Positions 1 through 9,484 of a DNA stretch of 64,000 nt are shown here, one piece after another. Positions within the stretch are counted from its first letter, which is position 1, and each line of letters starts with the position of its first letter. The notes beneath the pieces are model-generated. The model did not search any database, was not told the DNA's origin, and saw only the letters and a program-made list of their open reading frames with translations. Where the stretch lies: sequence record MN047793.1. One strand, written 5' to 3'. Position numbers and translations under genes: made by a program.

Positions 1-689
1 AACGCACTAATAGCAGCATACTGTTCATTTAACTGCTCAACACCTAAACGGGCATTATCCGTTAACTTGGTACCAGAGTTTGACAGCAGACGTTTTAGAA
101 ATTTATCTAATGGTCCATTAATAAATGCATCAGCACCATGGACGCCACTTTGCTCAACCTTGGCACGTGCGTCCTGAATTTTTTTCAGCTTGGCATTAAA
201 CACTACCTGATTAGCAGCATAATGCTCTTGGTTTTGAACAAGGTCATTAACTGCTTCCGTTAATTCTGCATAGTCAGAATTTAGTTCAGTTAGCTTCTTT
301 ACGTTACCGCCGACTGCCTTGATATAATCCATACCTTGCTTCGCAGCTTTAGCATAAATCTGACTTTGGGTTTCAGCGGCATTTTGAACAACATCCTCTA
401 AATTAGAAAATGCTTTATTCAATGGGTTTATGGACTTAATGGTTTCCTTAAAATGGTCAGCAATACTTCTTCCACCACTTTTGAATGACTGCTGAAGCTC
501 TTCTAAATTTTTAGCAATAGCAAGAAGATTTTCATTTGTCTGTTGGATGGATTTATTACTACCTCCACGGCTTGGTCGAGAGCTACCAGACCCATTATTA
601 CCCGAAAATGAGTTTCGGCTCTTTAGTTGGTTAGTTAGTTCTTCAACCGCTTTTCGCAGTAATTCTAAATTTCGATCAGTCTGTGACAT
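1..689 (-). CDS. Probable tape measure protein, N-terminal part (runs off the window start)
   Basis: ATG at 689, open frame to position 1 (MSQTDRNLELLRKAVEELTNQLK...), helical Ala/Gln/Lys-rich composition, late promoter AATAAATA upstream; absent from the ORF track because no stop is inside the window. Product is inference. Confidence 0.5.
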   Translation of the reverse strand, partial: MSQTDRNLELLRKAVEELTNQLKSRNSFSGNNGSGSSRPSRGGSNKSIQQTNENLLAIAKNLEELQQSFKSGGRSIADHFKETIKSINPLNKAFSNLEDVVQNAAETQSQIYAKAAKQGMDYIKAVGGNVKKLTELNSDYAELTEAVNDLVQNQEHYAANQVVFNAKLKKIQDARAKVEQSGVHGADAFINGPLDKFLKRLLSNSGTKLTDNARLGVEQLNEQYAAISA

Positions 690-718
690 TGGATAAGTAA
701 GCCATTAAGGTTATAGTG

Positions 719-726
719 TATTTATT
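719..726 (-). promoter_or_regulatory. T4-type late promoter (AATAAATA)
   Basis: Matches TATAAATA-like gp55 consensus 30 nt upstream of ATG 689. Confidence 0.6.
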
Positions 727-749
727 TGCTTACCATTTTCATAAAGTAG

Positions 750-778
750 TTGACATTATATTTGAATATAGATATTAT
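750..778 (+). promoter_or_regulatory. sigma70 promoter for late sigma factor gene
   Basis: TTGACA-17 nt-TATTAT. Confidence 0.75.
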
Positions 779-809
779 ACGTACATCGGCTCTATACAGG
801 AATTTACTT

Positions 810-1397
810 ATGACCGAACTTAAGACCAAGAAAAAGAAGAACTATATTAATAACTCTGACCTTCTGATTGAAATCGAGAAGAGTCATAAGCAAAACCGTA
901 TGACTGAAGAACTCGGAAATATGCTATTGCTGCTAAACAAACGGTATATCCAAATTCCTCGTTTTGCGAAATATACGTACACTGATGATATGCAAGGCTT
1001 TGCTCTTCTTACATTATGTAAGATTTGGAAAGGTTTCGATGCATCAAAAAGTCAAAATCCATTCGCGTATTTTACCCAATGTATCCATAATGCATACTTC
1101 CAGTTTAATAACTTAGAACGTAAGCAGCGAGATATTAAGGATGAGATTCGTATCAATAATGGCCTAAACGCATCATTTAACTATGCGGACCGAATGAATG
1201 CAGATTCGAGCGACAGCGATGCCAGTGGTGACATAGATTATATGGACATTCATGACTCTATCGATCCATATAAGGAAGATAGTGCATATGATCCCACTGC
1301 TCCAGGCGAAGTCATTGTTTTGGATGCTGCCGAAATCAAGGTTCTTGAAATTGGTGCAGAGTTTTTCAGTGATGATGTAATTGGTGAAATCGATTAA
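810..1397 (+). CDS. gp55: Late-transcription sigma factor, T4 gp55-like
   Basis: NYINNSDLL N-terminus, RF..YTYTDDM, NPFAYFTQCIHNAY motif, acidic C-tail; start moved to ATG 810 (ACAGGA RBS, downstream of promoter). Confidence 0.9.
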   Translation: MTELKTKKKKNYINNSDLLIEIEKSHKQNRMTEELGNMLLLLNKRYIQIPRFAKYTYTDDMQGFALLTLCKIWKGFDASKSQNPFAYFTQCIHNAYFQFNNLERKQRDIKDEIRINNGLNASFNYADRMNADSSDSDASGDIDYMDIHDSIDPYKEDSAYDPTAPGEVIVLDAAEIKVLEIGAEFFSDDVIGEID

Positions 1398-1425
1398 AAA
1401 AAGGCCCGCTAAGCGGGCCTTTTTT
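1396..1425. terminator. Bidirectional intrinsic terminator
   Basis: AAAAAAAGGCCCGC-TAA-GCGGGCCTTTTTT between convergent genes. Confidence 0.9.
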
Positions 1426-4400
1426 ATGCTACATCTTCTTCTGAATTAAGGATGGTAGAGAACCCATTCCTTAATTCAATTTCAAGTCTGCTATCGAACA
1501 TGTTACTTACTTCATCACGGTGTGAGATAACAAACATACTTAACTTGTTCTCAATACCAATAGCCTTGATCATCTTCGCCGCAAGGGATACTCCGACGTT
1601 ACCAAGACCCACGTCTAGGCACTCATCAAGGATACAGAGGTTGATACGTCCGAAACGTGACTGGAGTACGTCACGGAACGCGAACGCAAGGCATAGATTC
1701 ACACGGGCCTTCTGACCCGCAGAGAAATTACCATACTCATAAGGCTCAGAGAACTGAGAAATAGACACGTCCATTTGTTCAGTAAACTGAATTTTGTGAG
1801 GCAGTCCAATCTTATCCAAATTATAGCGGAGCCTACTGTTCAACAGGGGGATGCTCTTGTTAAGTAAGGCTTTACGTACAAATGAATCTTTTTTGGTCAA
1901 CAACTTCAGCAAGAAGTCTTGATGCTTAATCTTCTTATCTAGAACGTTAACGCGATCATGGTCTGCTGCTTCCAGCACCGTTTCCTTTAACGAATCGACT
2001 ACGGATGTAAACGGATTGGTTTCAGATACAATCTCACTATGCCTATTTTTTAGGGTTTCGATACGGACAGTATGCCCTTGAATATCTGCAAGGGATTTGA
2101 ATGCCGAATTGATAAATTCCTTAGCCATAGGCATCTTACTACGAATAGTATCTGCCTTGGCCTTAATTACAGCAAGACTCTCTACAATATCCTCTTCTGA
2201 AAGGTCATCTTCATTCGGTACATATGGGTTTGTAGCCTTCTGTGCCATATCAAGTTGATTGACGTATACCTCAAGGTTAGTTTCTAATTGGTCAAGATTA
2301 TCTGGAATATCAAATTGATTTAATTCGATTAAACGAGGGGTAATTTTATTAGTGTAAGTATCATTAACTTGGTCTAATTCACTTTCAATAGCAGAAATAT
2401 CTGCGGAAAGTTCCGCAATATCTTCCTCTAGAGTTGATACTGAATGGTTACATTCTGCAATTTTAGTCTTCGCTTCATTGAACTGTTGCTGACAGTAAGG
2501 GCATAGATTATCTCCAAGTTTGGCAATTTCATCCAGCTTCTTAGCCTTTTCCACGTTCTTTGTAGATAATGATGTGGTAGCACTCATAAGACGGTCTGTC
2601 AGACCGTTGATGCGAACCTTCTCTAACTTGGACTTTGCGGTTAGGTCCACCAACTCGTCACGCACTGCACGTAGACCAGCAAAATCAATACTCTTGATTT
2701 TGGCAATCTCTTTATTCAAAGAATCAATCGTTTTAGCAGTTGTAACTTCCCATGCTTCAAATTTAGAAGCATTTGTTCGAATATTACTCAATTCAGACTG
2801 AAGGGCTGGTACATCTTTTTCGACTTTCGTTAACTCCTTTTCTAAGCGAGCTACTTCTTCAAACCCTTCGATAGAATTTTGAACATCAATGGCCTCAAGG
2901 TCGTTAATTTGTTTAACGATGGTCTCTACACGAGAGTCCCTTGATGCATTCCACTCTTCCATACGCGCAATATTGGTATTGACTTGCGTGTCATGTCTAG
3001 CATGCTCTGCTTCTAGTTTGGTATTGATTTCGACCAAGTTCTTAAATTCAGCCTTAGATGCAGCAAGCTCAGTCTTCAATAGTTCTGCCTTGACCGTTAA
3101 CTCTGTCAAACCGAATAATTCTTCAATGATATCTCGCTGATTCGCCTTACTTGCGTGCGAGGATGGCAGGCTAAGGAACGGTTCATGAGCCGCAGAGAAT
3201 ACAACAATACGGATAAACATGTCATACGGAATACCGATGATATTTTCAATCATTGCCGTGGCGTTTGCGACACTATCTGGCGTGATGTCATGGTCCTTCG
3301 TAAACTCTGGCTTATCATTATTACGGTATACGCGGACACCATCACCACCTAATGGGCGGTTCTTACGATAACGCTCAATCTTGTAATAGACTCCGTTCAC
3401 CACCATGGTAACCGTCAAGAGCATGTTTTTACCATTGCTCTTATTAATCTGTCCATTCAAATCTACATCCATCAAATTCTTACCGAATAGACATAGTAGA
3501 ATCGCATTTAGGATGGTTGATTTACCTGCACCATTGGAATCGATTTGACCATCTACTACTGAATCATAGTTCCTACCAATAATTAATGTAGGAGTCGTGA
3601 AGTCAAGGTTTACTTCCGTAGTATCAGAACCATAAGACAAATAGTTCTGCATAGTTGAAGAAATGAACCTGATATCAGAAGCCTTGGCCTGTAGGTCTTG
3701 CGAGGACTGAGCTAAGCCATTGTATAGACTTAGAACCAAATCAGTATCTACACTAGAATCTTTAATACGCTTAAGCAATTCAATAATTACTTCGTTCGTA
3801 GTTTCCAATTCTAGCTCTTCAATAGCAGCTTCATCATCCGTTAGGTTTACATCAATGGTAATCTTTTCGTCCAAACTGATTTCGCGAAGGTCAAACTTCG
3901 CTTGTAATGACGCACGAATTTGATTACTTTCTTCATAGGTAATATCAGTATCCACGTCAAGCTTGACGCGTGCACCCTTCGTTAGAAACTTCTTTGGATT
4001 TTCCAGGACTTCAGTTAACGGCATACGGAGATACTGAGGACCATTCGGCCAATCAATATAATCTAAATCATCATTAACAAAGTCATAAACCGCCATACCA
4101 CGCTTCTTATCATTTACGTCAGAGAAGTCCATACAAAATGGTGAACCGACGTAATGTACGTTACCTTGAGATTGGCGTTGGTGAAAGTGACCGCTGAAGA
4201 CTTTCTTTTGTTTTTTAAAGAACGTATGTGCTTCTGGTCCATGTTCCATAATATTACTAGAACCGGATACACGAAACCCCTTAAGTTCTAGATGCCCCAT
4301 TGCTACTGGGACTTTAGAATGTTCAATAAGTGTCGGGTACTCATCTTCACGGAGATATGGAATAGCTAATACCCCGCCATGAATAGTATCAATTATTTGA

Positions 4401-4756
4401 GTATCATTAATTAATACAATATTCTCAAATGGTTCAAAAATTTCAGTAGTGAAAGTTGTACGTGTATTACGGAACGCTAGGTCATGATTTCCAGTAATCC
4501 ACATGATGGGAAGACCTAAATCATTAAGTAACTTAGCGCCAGTATATGATCGTTGTAATGTAAAGGCATTGATTGCTGCACGGTGTTCATGCCAGTCACC
4601 TAAGAACCAAACATGGTCAATAGTTGGGTCTTCTTTTACTTTCTCACAGAACCATTCAATGAAATTTAAACAATCTTGATTATGTTCTTCAGAATTATTC
4701 TTCTTACCGAAATGGATGTCTGAAAAAATAGCAGCCTTTTTTAATTTATTACTCAT
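1424..4756 (-). CDS. Fused Mre11/SbcD nuclease - Rad50/SbcC ATPase (gp47-gp46 fusion)
   Basis: N-term SDIHFG, GDWHE, GNHD, GHL, SGHFH metallophosphoesterase motifs; then GAGKST Walker A, coiled coil with CPYC zinc hook, FSAGQ signature, ILDE Walker B, ISH H-loop; start at ATG 4756 (MSNKL) with AAGGGT RBS. Confidence 0.92.
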   Translation of the reverse strand: MSNKLKKAAIFSDIHFGKKNNSEEHNQDCLNFIEWFCEKVKEDPTIDHVWFLGDWHEHRAAINAFTLQRSYTGAKLLNDLGLPIMWITGNHDLAFRNTRTTFTTEIFEPFENIVLINDTQIIDTIHGGVLAIPYLREDEYPTLIEHSKVPVAMGHLELKGFRVSGSSNIMEHGPEAHTFFKKQKKVFSGHFHQRQSQGNVHYVGSPFCMDFSDVNDKKRGMAVYDFVNDDLDYIDWPNGPQYLRMPLTEVLENPKKFLTKGARVKLDVDTDITYEESNQIRASLQAKFDLREISLDEKITIDVNLTDDEAAIEELELETTNEVIIELLKRIKDSSVDTDLVLSLYNGLAQSSQDLQAKASDIRFISSTMQNYLSYGSDTTEVNLDFTTPTLIIGRNYDSVVDGQIDSNGAGKSTILNAILLCLFGKNLMDVDLNGQINKSNGKNMLLTVTMVVNGVYYKIERYRKNRPLGGDGVRVYRNNDKPEFTKDHDITPDSVANATAMIENIIGIPYDMFIRIVVFSAAHEPFLSLPSSHASKANQRDIIEELFGLTELTVKAELLKTELAASKAEFKNLVEINTKLEAEHARHDTQVNTNIARMEEWNASRDSRVETIVKQINDLEAIDVQNSIEGFEEVARLEKELTKVEKDVPALQSELSNIRTNASKFEAWEVTTAKTIDSLNKEIAKIKSIDFAGLRAVRDELVDLTAKSKLEKVRINGLTDRLMSATTSLSTKNVEKAKKLDEIAKLGDNLCPYCQQQFNEAKTKIAECNHSVSTLEEDIAELSADISAIESELDQVNDTYTNKITPRLIELNQFDIPDNLDQLETNLEVYVNQLDMAQKATNPYVPNEDDLSEEDIVESLAVIKAKADTIRSKMPMAKEFINSAFKSLADIQGHTVRIETLKNRHSEIVSETNPFTSVVDSLKETVLEAADHDRVNVLDKKIKHQDFLLKLLTKKDSFVRKALLNKSIPLLNSRLRYNLDKIGLPHKIQFTEQMDVSISQFSEPYEYGNFSAGQKARVNLCLAFAFRDVLQSRFGRINLCILDECLDVGLGNVGVSLAAKMIKAIGIENKLSMFVISHRDEVSNMFDSRLEIELRNGFSTILNSEEDVA

Positions 4757-4768
4757 TTGTTTTACCCT

Positions 4769-4776
4769 TATAAATA
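4769..4776 (+). promoter_or_regulatory. Late promoter TATAAATA
   Basis: Exact T4 late consensus upstream of GIY-YIG gene. Confidence 0.7.
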
Positions 4777-4797
4777 TCACTAGAACCCACTTTCCTA

Positions 4798-5589
4798 ATG
4801 GATTTTATGACAAACAAATACTACGTGTATGCTTACCTAGATCCACGCAAAATCAGCACAGATTATAGATTTACTAATGAACCATTCTACATTGGTAGAG
4901 GATCAGATGCAAGACTTAATTATCATATAAATGAAGTACGTAAACTTCCTGATATCATCACTAGAGAAATGTTTACTAAACATAGACTAAACATGATAAA
5001 GATAAACAAAATACGTTCTATTTTGGATGATGGATATGAACCCGTTATAATCAAGCTATATGAAAATTTATCAATGGAAGACTCTAAAGAATATGAAAAG
5101 AAACTTATAGCTGAAATTGGTCGTTCAGTGTTTGGTGAAGGTCCATTAACCAATTTAACTGAAGGTGGTGAAGGCAGACATATCGTGCATGCTGGAAGAT
5201 TTAATCCGTTTTATGGCAAACGTCATTCTGATGAATTCCGTAAACAGATGTCGGTTCTTCATTCTGGAAAAGAAATCTCTGCGGAGCATAGAGCTACAAT
5301 TTCTTCAAAATTAAAGGGTGTACCTAAGTCTAGGATAACCGTAGAATGTCGTAGAACATACATGCGAAAGTTGCATAATGACGACCCCACTAATCCTATG
5401 TTTACACGGCTAGGTGAACGAAATAGTAAAACGTGGTGCATTACGAGTCCGACAGGTCAAGTTATACATGTAACATCTTTGCGTAAATTTTGTATAGAAA
5501 ACAATCTTAAGGTTAAAACATTGATGTCTGCCTACAACAAGAAACGTGCCACTCGTGATGGATGGCACGTTTCTTTAATTTCTATGTAA
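4798..5589 (+). CDS. Free-standing GIY-YIG homing endonuclease (Seg-like) with NUMOD3 motifs
   Basis: YYVYAY...FYIGRG..R, E and NLTEGGEG motifs; NPFYGKRHSDE NUMOD3 repeat. Confidence 0.85.
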   Translation: MDFMTNKYYVYAYLDPRKISTDYRFTNEPFYIGRGSDARLNYHINEVRKLPDIITREMFTKHRLNMIKINKIRSILDDGYEPVIIKLYENLSMEDSKEYEKKLIAEIGRSVFGEGPLTNLTEGGEGRHIVHAGRFNPFYGKRHSDEFRKQMSVLHSGKEISAEHRATISSKLKGVPKSRITVECRRTYMRKLHNDDPTNPMFTRLGERNSKTWCITSPTGQVIHVTSLRKFCIENNLKVKTLMSAYNKKRATRDGWHVSLISM

Positions 5590-5592
5590 AAT

Positions 5593-5904
5593 TTAAAGCT
5601 CTTGTCCTGGCTTACCTAATAGGATGAACCACGGGTTGGATTCCGTTAATGGAAGATCGTTGACCTTTTCTTCAGCAAAAAATGCATCTTCAATATCCAC
5701 TTTAGGATATTCAACATCCGTACGATCATTTACAACAGTGATTCCGTAATACGTTGACCCATCACTCTTAGGGTATTCGCCCGAGTCTACTACTGTGAAA
5801 ATGTCACCCAATTCATTGTCGCCGGTTAATGGTGATAGTCCAATGTATGCGAAGGCTAGTTTACGTCCGATCAGGTGAGTATTAGGTGGAGAAGTTGAAG
5901 ACAT
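5593..5904 (-). CDS. Hypothetical protein (103 aa)
   Basis: ORF with RBS-like AGAGA; no recognisable motif. Confidence 0.6.
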   Translation of the reverse strand: MSSTSPPNTHLIGRKLAFAYIGLSPLTGDNELGDIFTVVDSGEYPKSDGSTYYGITVVNDRTDVEYPKVDIEDAFFAEEKVNDLPLTESNPWFILLGKPGQEL

Positions 5905-6011
5905 GCTGAATCTCTATGATAGTTTACCGCTTGGCCGAAGCCTAAAGTTTAATTATAAAATCAAACCTTAAATATAAGTGGGCAAACTATATCATAAAAA
6001 TACATAAAAAG

Positions 6012-6036
6012 AAAGCCAGAATTTCTTCTGGCTTTT
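6012..6036. terminator. Intrinsic terminator downstream of helicase
   Basis: AAAGCCAGAA-TTTC-TTCTGGCTTTT. Confidence 0.75.
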
Positions 6037-6042
6037 TATCAA

Positions 6043-7716
6043 TCAGTGTTCCGAATATGCATCCTTCCACCATTTCGGAATCATACCTTTAGACCTTCGG
6101 TACAGATTATCCCATGCCGAATCCAAGATGTACACATGGCCCCAGTCATCTGGTGAACGAACAACACGGCCACCGCCCTGAATCACCGCAATGAGTGCCT
6201 GGATTGTATACCAACTAGACGACAATTCCATACGCTTCTTTACCCACGCGTCGCCAAGATACGGATATGGTACTTTAGCGAAAATGGCAAATCTGCCCTT
6301 GTCATGCTTCAAGTCAAGACCTTCTGTTACTGAAGGTGAAATGAGTAATTTAGGATACCCGCTATCTTCTTGGAATTCCTGCAATATTTGGTCTCGCGTA
6401 AATCCAGACTCAGGATTGTGATGCAGAATCTGGTGCGGAATTTTATTTGAAAGTTCTTCAACTAACCATTTTGCTACTTGGAAACTACCAGCATGAATTA
6501 CACCACTCTCCTCATCGTGCAAACTAGTGCAAATCTGAACAATACGATTCAGCATCTTATTACGGTCAGACTTACGGTCGTCCTTATCCCAGCCATACGT
6601 CATTTTTGCTGTCGGCATGTAAATCACCGGACGGTTGTCTTCCGGAAATTCTGACGGAATAGAAATGAATGCCGTTAGTTCAGGATTGATACCCAAATCT
6701 GAGCAATACGACTTCTTATCTAAGATGGTGGATGACATGAACAGAAACTTATCTCCCATAGGCTCTACCAAATCACGGAAGATATGCTTACCGTACAATT
6801 CCTTAAACTTAAAGGAAGTCTTTGAATCTGCTACAAGCACGTAACGTTCATCCAATTCATCAATGGTAAAGTTATTCAACTGTTCATTGATGGAATTACG
6901 ATGGTCACGCAATTCGCGCAAATCTTTAATAGCACGCTGCTCATCACCGGATAGCTTACGTCCAGGCTCAAATTCCATTTCATCAATAATGCGTTTGACG
7001 ATAGGAACCTGTTGCATGATTTTAGTTTCTAGTGCAGGAAGATATTCATTGTTAATCCAAGTCATTGCTTCTGCAATATACCGAGGCAGTCTAAACTTAA
7101 CACCAATACGCTTACAACGCATTTCACTAAAAGAAATTGCATTGAATTCGGTCAAATGGTGTTCAAGGGTATGTGCTTCGTCAAACACTATTAGCTTACG
7201 GGGACGTACCGGACTACCCTCTCCACCCGCATATTTGAACAGATTAAGGGCCAAGGAATAATTCATCACCACATTTGGTGCGTGACCAATCTGGCTAAAC
7301 GAATGCTTGTAAGGACACATCGAACACTTAGGCTTGATGTCACCACCGATATCACAATTAGTATTCTTTGGCTCACACTTATAGTTACTCTTACCATACG
7401 CAGTATGGAGCAAATGTTCCTCAAATGACTCCTCATACTGCTTCTGAAGCACCTTCTGTGGTGTCATCAGGTATGCATCACCAAAGTTACGCGAGAACCA
7501 TCCGCTAAGGTTGAGAGCCAATGGTGACTTACCACCACCCACTGGAATCTCTGCAATAAGGTATTTGATTTTCGGGTCAAGGCCTAACACCCAATCTTGA
7601 ATGATTTCTTGAGATACCCGTGGCGGGAACTGACCAAACGGCCAATACGACAGAATGTCTTCCTTGTCTAAAAGAGACATATCTCGTGTGTTACCAATGT
7701 TACGGGGGTTAGTCAT
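6043..7716 (-). CDS. DinG/XPD-family SF2 helicase with Fe-S cluster
   Basis: EIPVGGGKS Walker A, DEAH, four-Cys region KC..C..KCSMCPY, EGLDL, AKVPYP, QGGGRVVRSPDDWG helicase C2 motifs; start ATG 7716 with AAGGA RBS. Confidence 0.88.
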   Translation of the reverse strand: MTNPRNIGNTRDMSLLDKEDILSYWPFGQFPPRVSQEIIQDWVLGLDPKIKYLIAEIPVGGGKSPLALNLSGWFSRNFGDAYLMTPQKVLQKQYEESFEEHLLHTAYGKSNYKCEPKNTNCDIGGDIKPKCSMCPYKHSFSQIGHAPNVVMNYSLALNLFKYAGGEGSPVRPRKLIVFDEAHTLEHHLTEFNAISFSEMRCKRIGVKFRLPRYIAEAMTWINNEYLPALETKIMQQVPIVKRIIDEMEFEPGRKLSGDEQRAIKDLRELRDHRNSINEQLNNFTIDELDERYVLVADSKTSFKFKELYGKHIFRDLVEPMGDKFLFMSSTILDKKSYCSDLGINPELTAFISIPSEFPEDNRPVIYMPTAKMTYGWDKDDRKSDRNKMLNRIVQICTSLHDEESGVIHAGSFQVAKWLVEELSNKIPHQILHHNPESGFTRDQILQEFQEDSGYPKLLISPSVTEGLDLKHDKGRFAIFAKVPYPYLGDAWVKKRMELSSSWYTIQALIAVIQGGGRVVRSPDDWGHVYILDSAWDNLYRRSKGMIPKWWKDAYSEH

Positions 7717-7741
7717 TAGGTGTCCTTGATTGATTTGATGA

Positions 7742-7769
7742 ATTATACGCAGAATTTGGTGTATGTCAA
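7742..7769 (-). promoter_or_regulatory. sigma70 promoter for helicase
   Basis: TTGACA-16 nt-TATAAT on minus strand; lies inside the longer ORF-track start, supporting ATG 7716. Confidence 0.75.
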
Positions 7770-7800
7770 CCAAACTTATATGAGATGTTTATGACATTAT

Positions 7801-8263
7801 AATTGAAAGAAATACGTTAGACAATAAACCCCCCGTACTCACTCTTCCTACCCATTAACTACATATTTTATAAATGTATATGAGATAGAAATTACATGAG
7901 ACGTAATCCAATTCATATCATTCAGCATCCTACAAGGGCTTCCTAAATGGTGACATGAATTGGTTCGATGTGTAGACGTAGGCTTTGTTGTCTTGTCTTC
8001 ACACGGTTACTTTGATGCTAGCCAACGCCGCTAGGGTAGTCATTCCCTTCTCTTTCAATCACGGCCAGAATTAACCTTTCGGTCAGGTGTCGTTTTAGTT
8101 GGTTTGTATGTTGCGGTAACTCGCAGCATATCCTCTTCCACTCTGTGCGATGTATTGCAGGGAGCTTCTTTGAAGATATGCCCACATGGGCGGGGGGTTT
8201 CTTTCAATCAGTCTTTCTCTGATACGCACCCAACGGACAGTAGTGTTTAACGTGTTGTCCGTT
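7801..8263. ncRNA. Candidate structured non-coding element (ncRNA or origin)
   Basis: No ORF >=60 aa in 640 nt; AAACCCCCCG (7827-7836) complementary to CGGGGGGTTT (8191-8200); several local hairpins; function unknown. Confidence 0.35.
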
Positions 8264-8413
8264 CCTTCACGGGTACCAATGACTCATAGTACCATTAGCC
8301 TTCTTATAATTTCTTAAATATGTTCTAGAGCGTTCTGAAAGCGAATGGTATCACTGCTCAAGTTCTATTACAAGTGGTAATGGTATCTAGTTTTTGATGA
8401 TGGATGCTGTAAC

Positions 8414-9463
8414 TCAGCGATTAAATGTATTGCGTACACCTTGACGACGTGAAGCAACTTTATCACTGGATCGATCAAGAGATTTGAAGTCTACACGGCT
8501 ATCAAACGCAGCATCAACTTGGTGTTCAAAATCTTCTACAGATTTAACATTAGGGAATGATCTTACCACGGAAGCTACAACTGTTGTCAATAATTCATAA
8601 CTTTCATCGTTTAAATCACCCTGACGTGGTTTTTTACCATTCTGAAGAAGAGTGAATGTGTTTTGGTCAAGATTCTTAACAATTTCCCATGCTAAACGAC
8701 CCTTCTCTGTACGATTACGAGATTTGGGATGGATAGCAAATAATATACGGTTTATATTTCTTGCAGTGTTGCCACTGGTATGAGTAGCCCATTCATAAAA
8801 TTGTGGAATTAATGTTTTAATTCGTGCAGGGTCTAGTTTATTAATAGTCTCAATAAATTTGTCCCATACGGATTTATTAAACGTACCTTTAGGATCAATG
8901 AAACCGAGACTGACTAAACGATCAAATCTTTCAGAATTCTTTTGACGGATGGTATCAATGAATGTAGAGCGATCACGATGATTTGCTGCAAGGGTGCGCA
9001 ACCCAGTTATGATAGCAATATCTTCTTGTGTTAATTCACGAGCAATACCAATAGCTTTTACGGTATTCTCATCTAGTGATTCTAAGAATTCACGAGTCGC
9101 AACATCAGTAACATCCATAAAGTATCGACGGAGAGCCTTGTAACCCTGTCCAGCAGCTTTCGTAAGGTTCTTATCACTGATATCGCGTGAAGGAGCGGCG
9201 AGCGACTGACGCAGTTCCGAACCGCGAGGTGTAGGAACTACCATTGATCCCTTTTGCTGTAACAAACCTTTTTTGAGAAACCAATTTGTCACAAAATCCA
9301 ATTGGGCATCTTGTCCAGCTTTATAAACTCGTCTATTCAATAGACCTGTCAATTTAGCCGCTGATGGTGGAGATTCATTAAATTGATCACGAAATGCTTG
9401 TCCAAAAGCATTATAAACACTACCAACATCAAAAGCTTCTGACAAAAACTGAAGGAGTCTCAT
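8414..9463 (-). CDS. Putative internal head protein with capsid-targeting-like N-terminus
   Basis: MRLLQFLSE|AFD resembles T4 CTS MKTYQEFIAE; late promoter GATAAATA at 9486-9493. Confidence 0.55.
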   Translation of the reverse strand: MRLLQFLSEAFDVGSVYNAFGQAFRDQFNESPPSAAKLTGLLNRRVYKAGQDAQLDFVTNWFLKKGLLQQKGSMVVPTPRGSELRQSLAAPSRDISDKNLTKAAGQGYKALRRYFMDVTDVATREFLESLDENTVKAIGIARELTQEDIAIITGLRTLAANHRDRSTFIDTIRQKNSERFDRLVSLGFIDPKGTFNKSVWDKFIETINKLDPARIKTLIPQFYEWATHTSGNTARNINRILFAIHPKSRNRTEKGRLAWEIVKNLDQNTFTLLQNGKKPRQGDLNDESYELLTTVVASVVRSFPNVKSVEDFEHQVDAAFDSRVDFKSLDRSSDKVASRRQGVRNTFNR

Positions 9464-9484
9464 TATAAATTACCTGATAATAAC

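Noticed and set aside
1452-3923. Several 65-93 aa plus-strand ORFs
   Set aside because: Antisense to the Mre11-Rad50 gene, no RBS or motifs; typical shadow ORFs, as are most short overlapping ORFs in the track
8000-8042. 14-codon minus-strand ORF MTTLAALASIKVTV with AGAAGGGA upstream
   Set aside because: Too short to support; does not resemble a tmRNA tag ending; kept only as part of the structured-region finding
7801-8263. tmRNA, RNase P, group I intron or retron msr-msd identity for the structured region
   Set aside because: No tRNA-like ends or CCA, no GAGGAAAGUCC, no P7 core recognised, and no reverse transcriptase in the window
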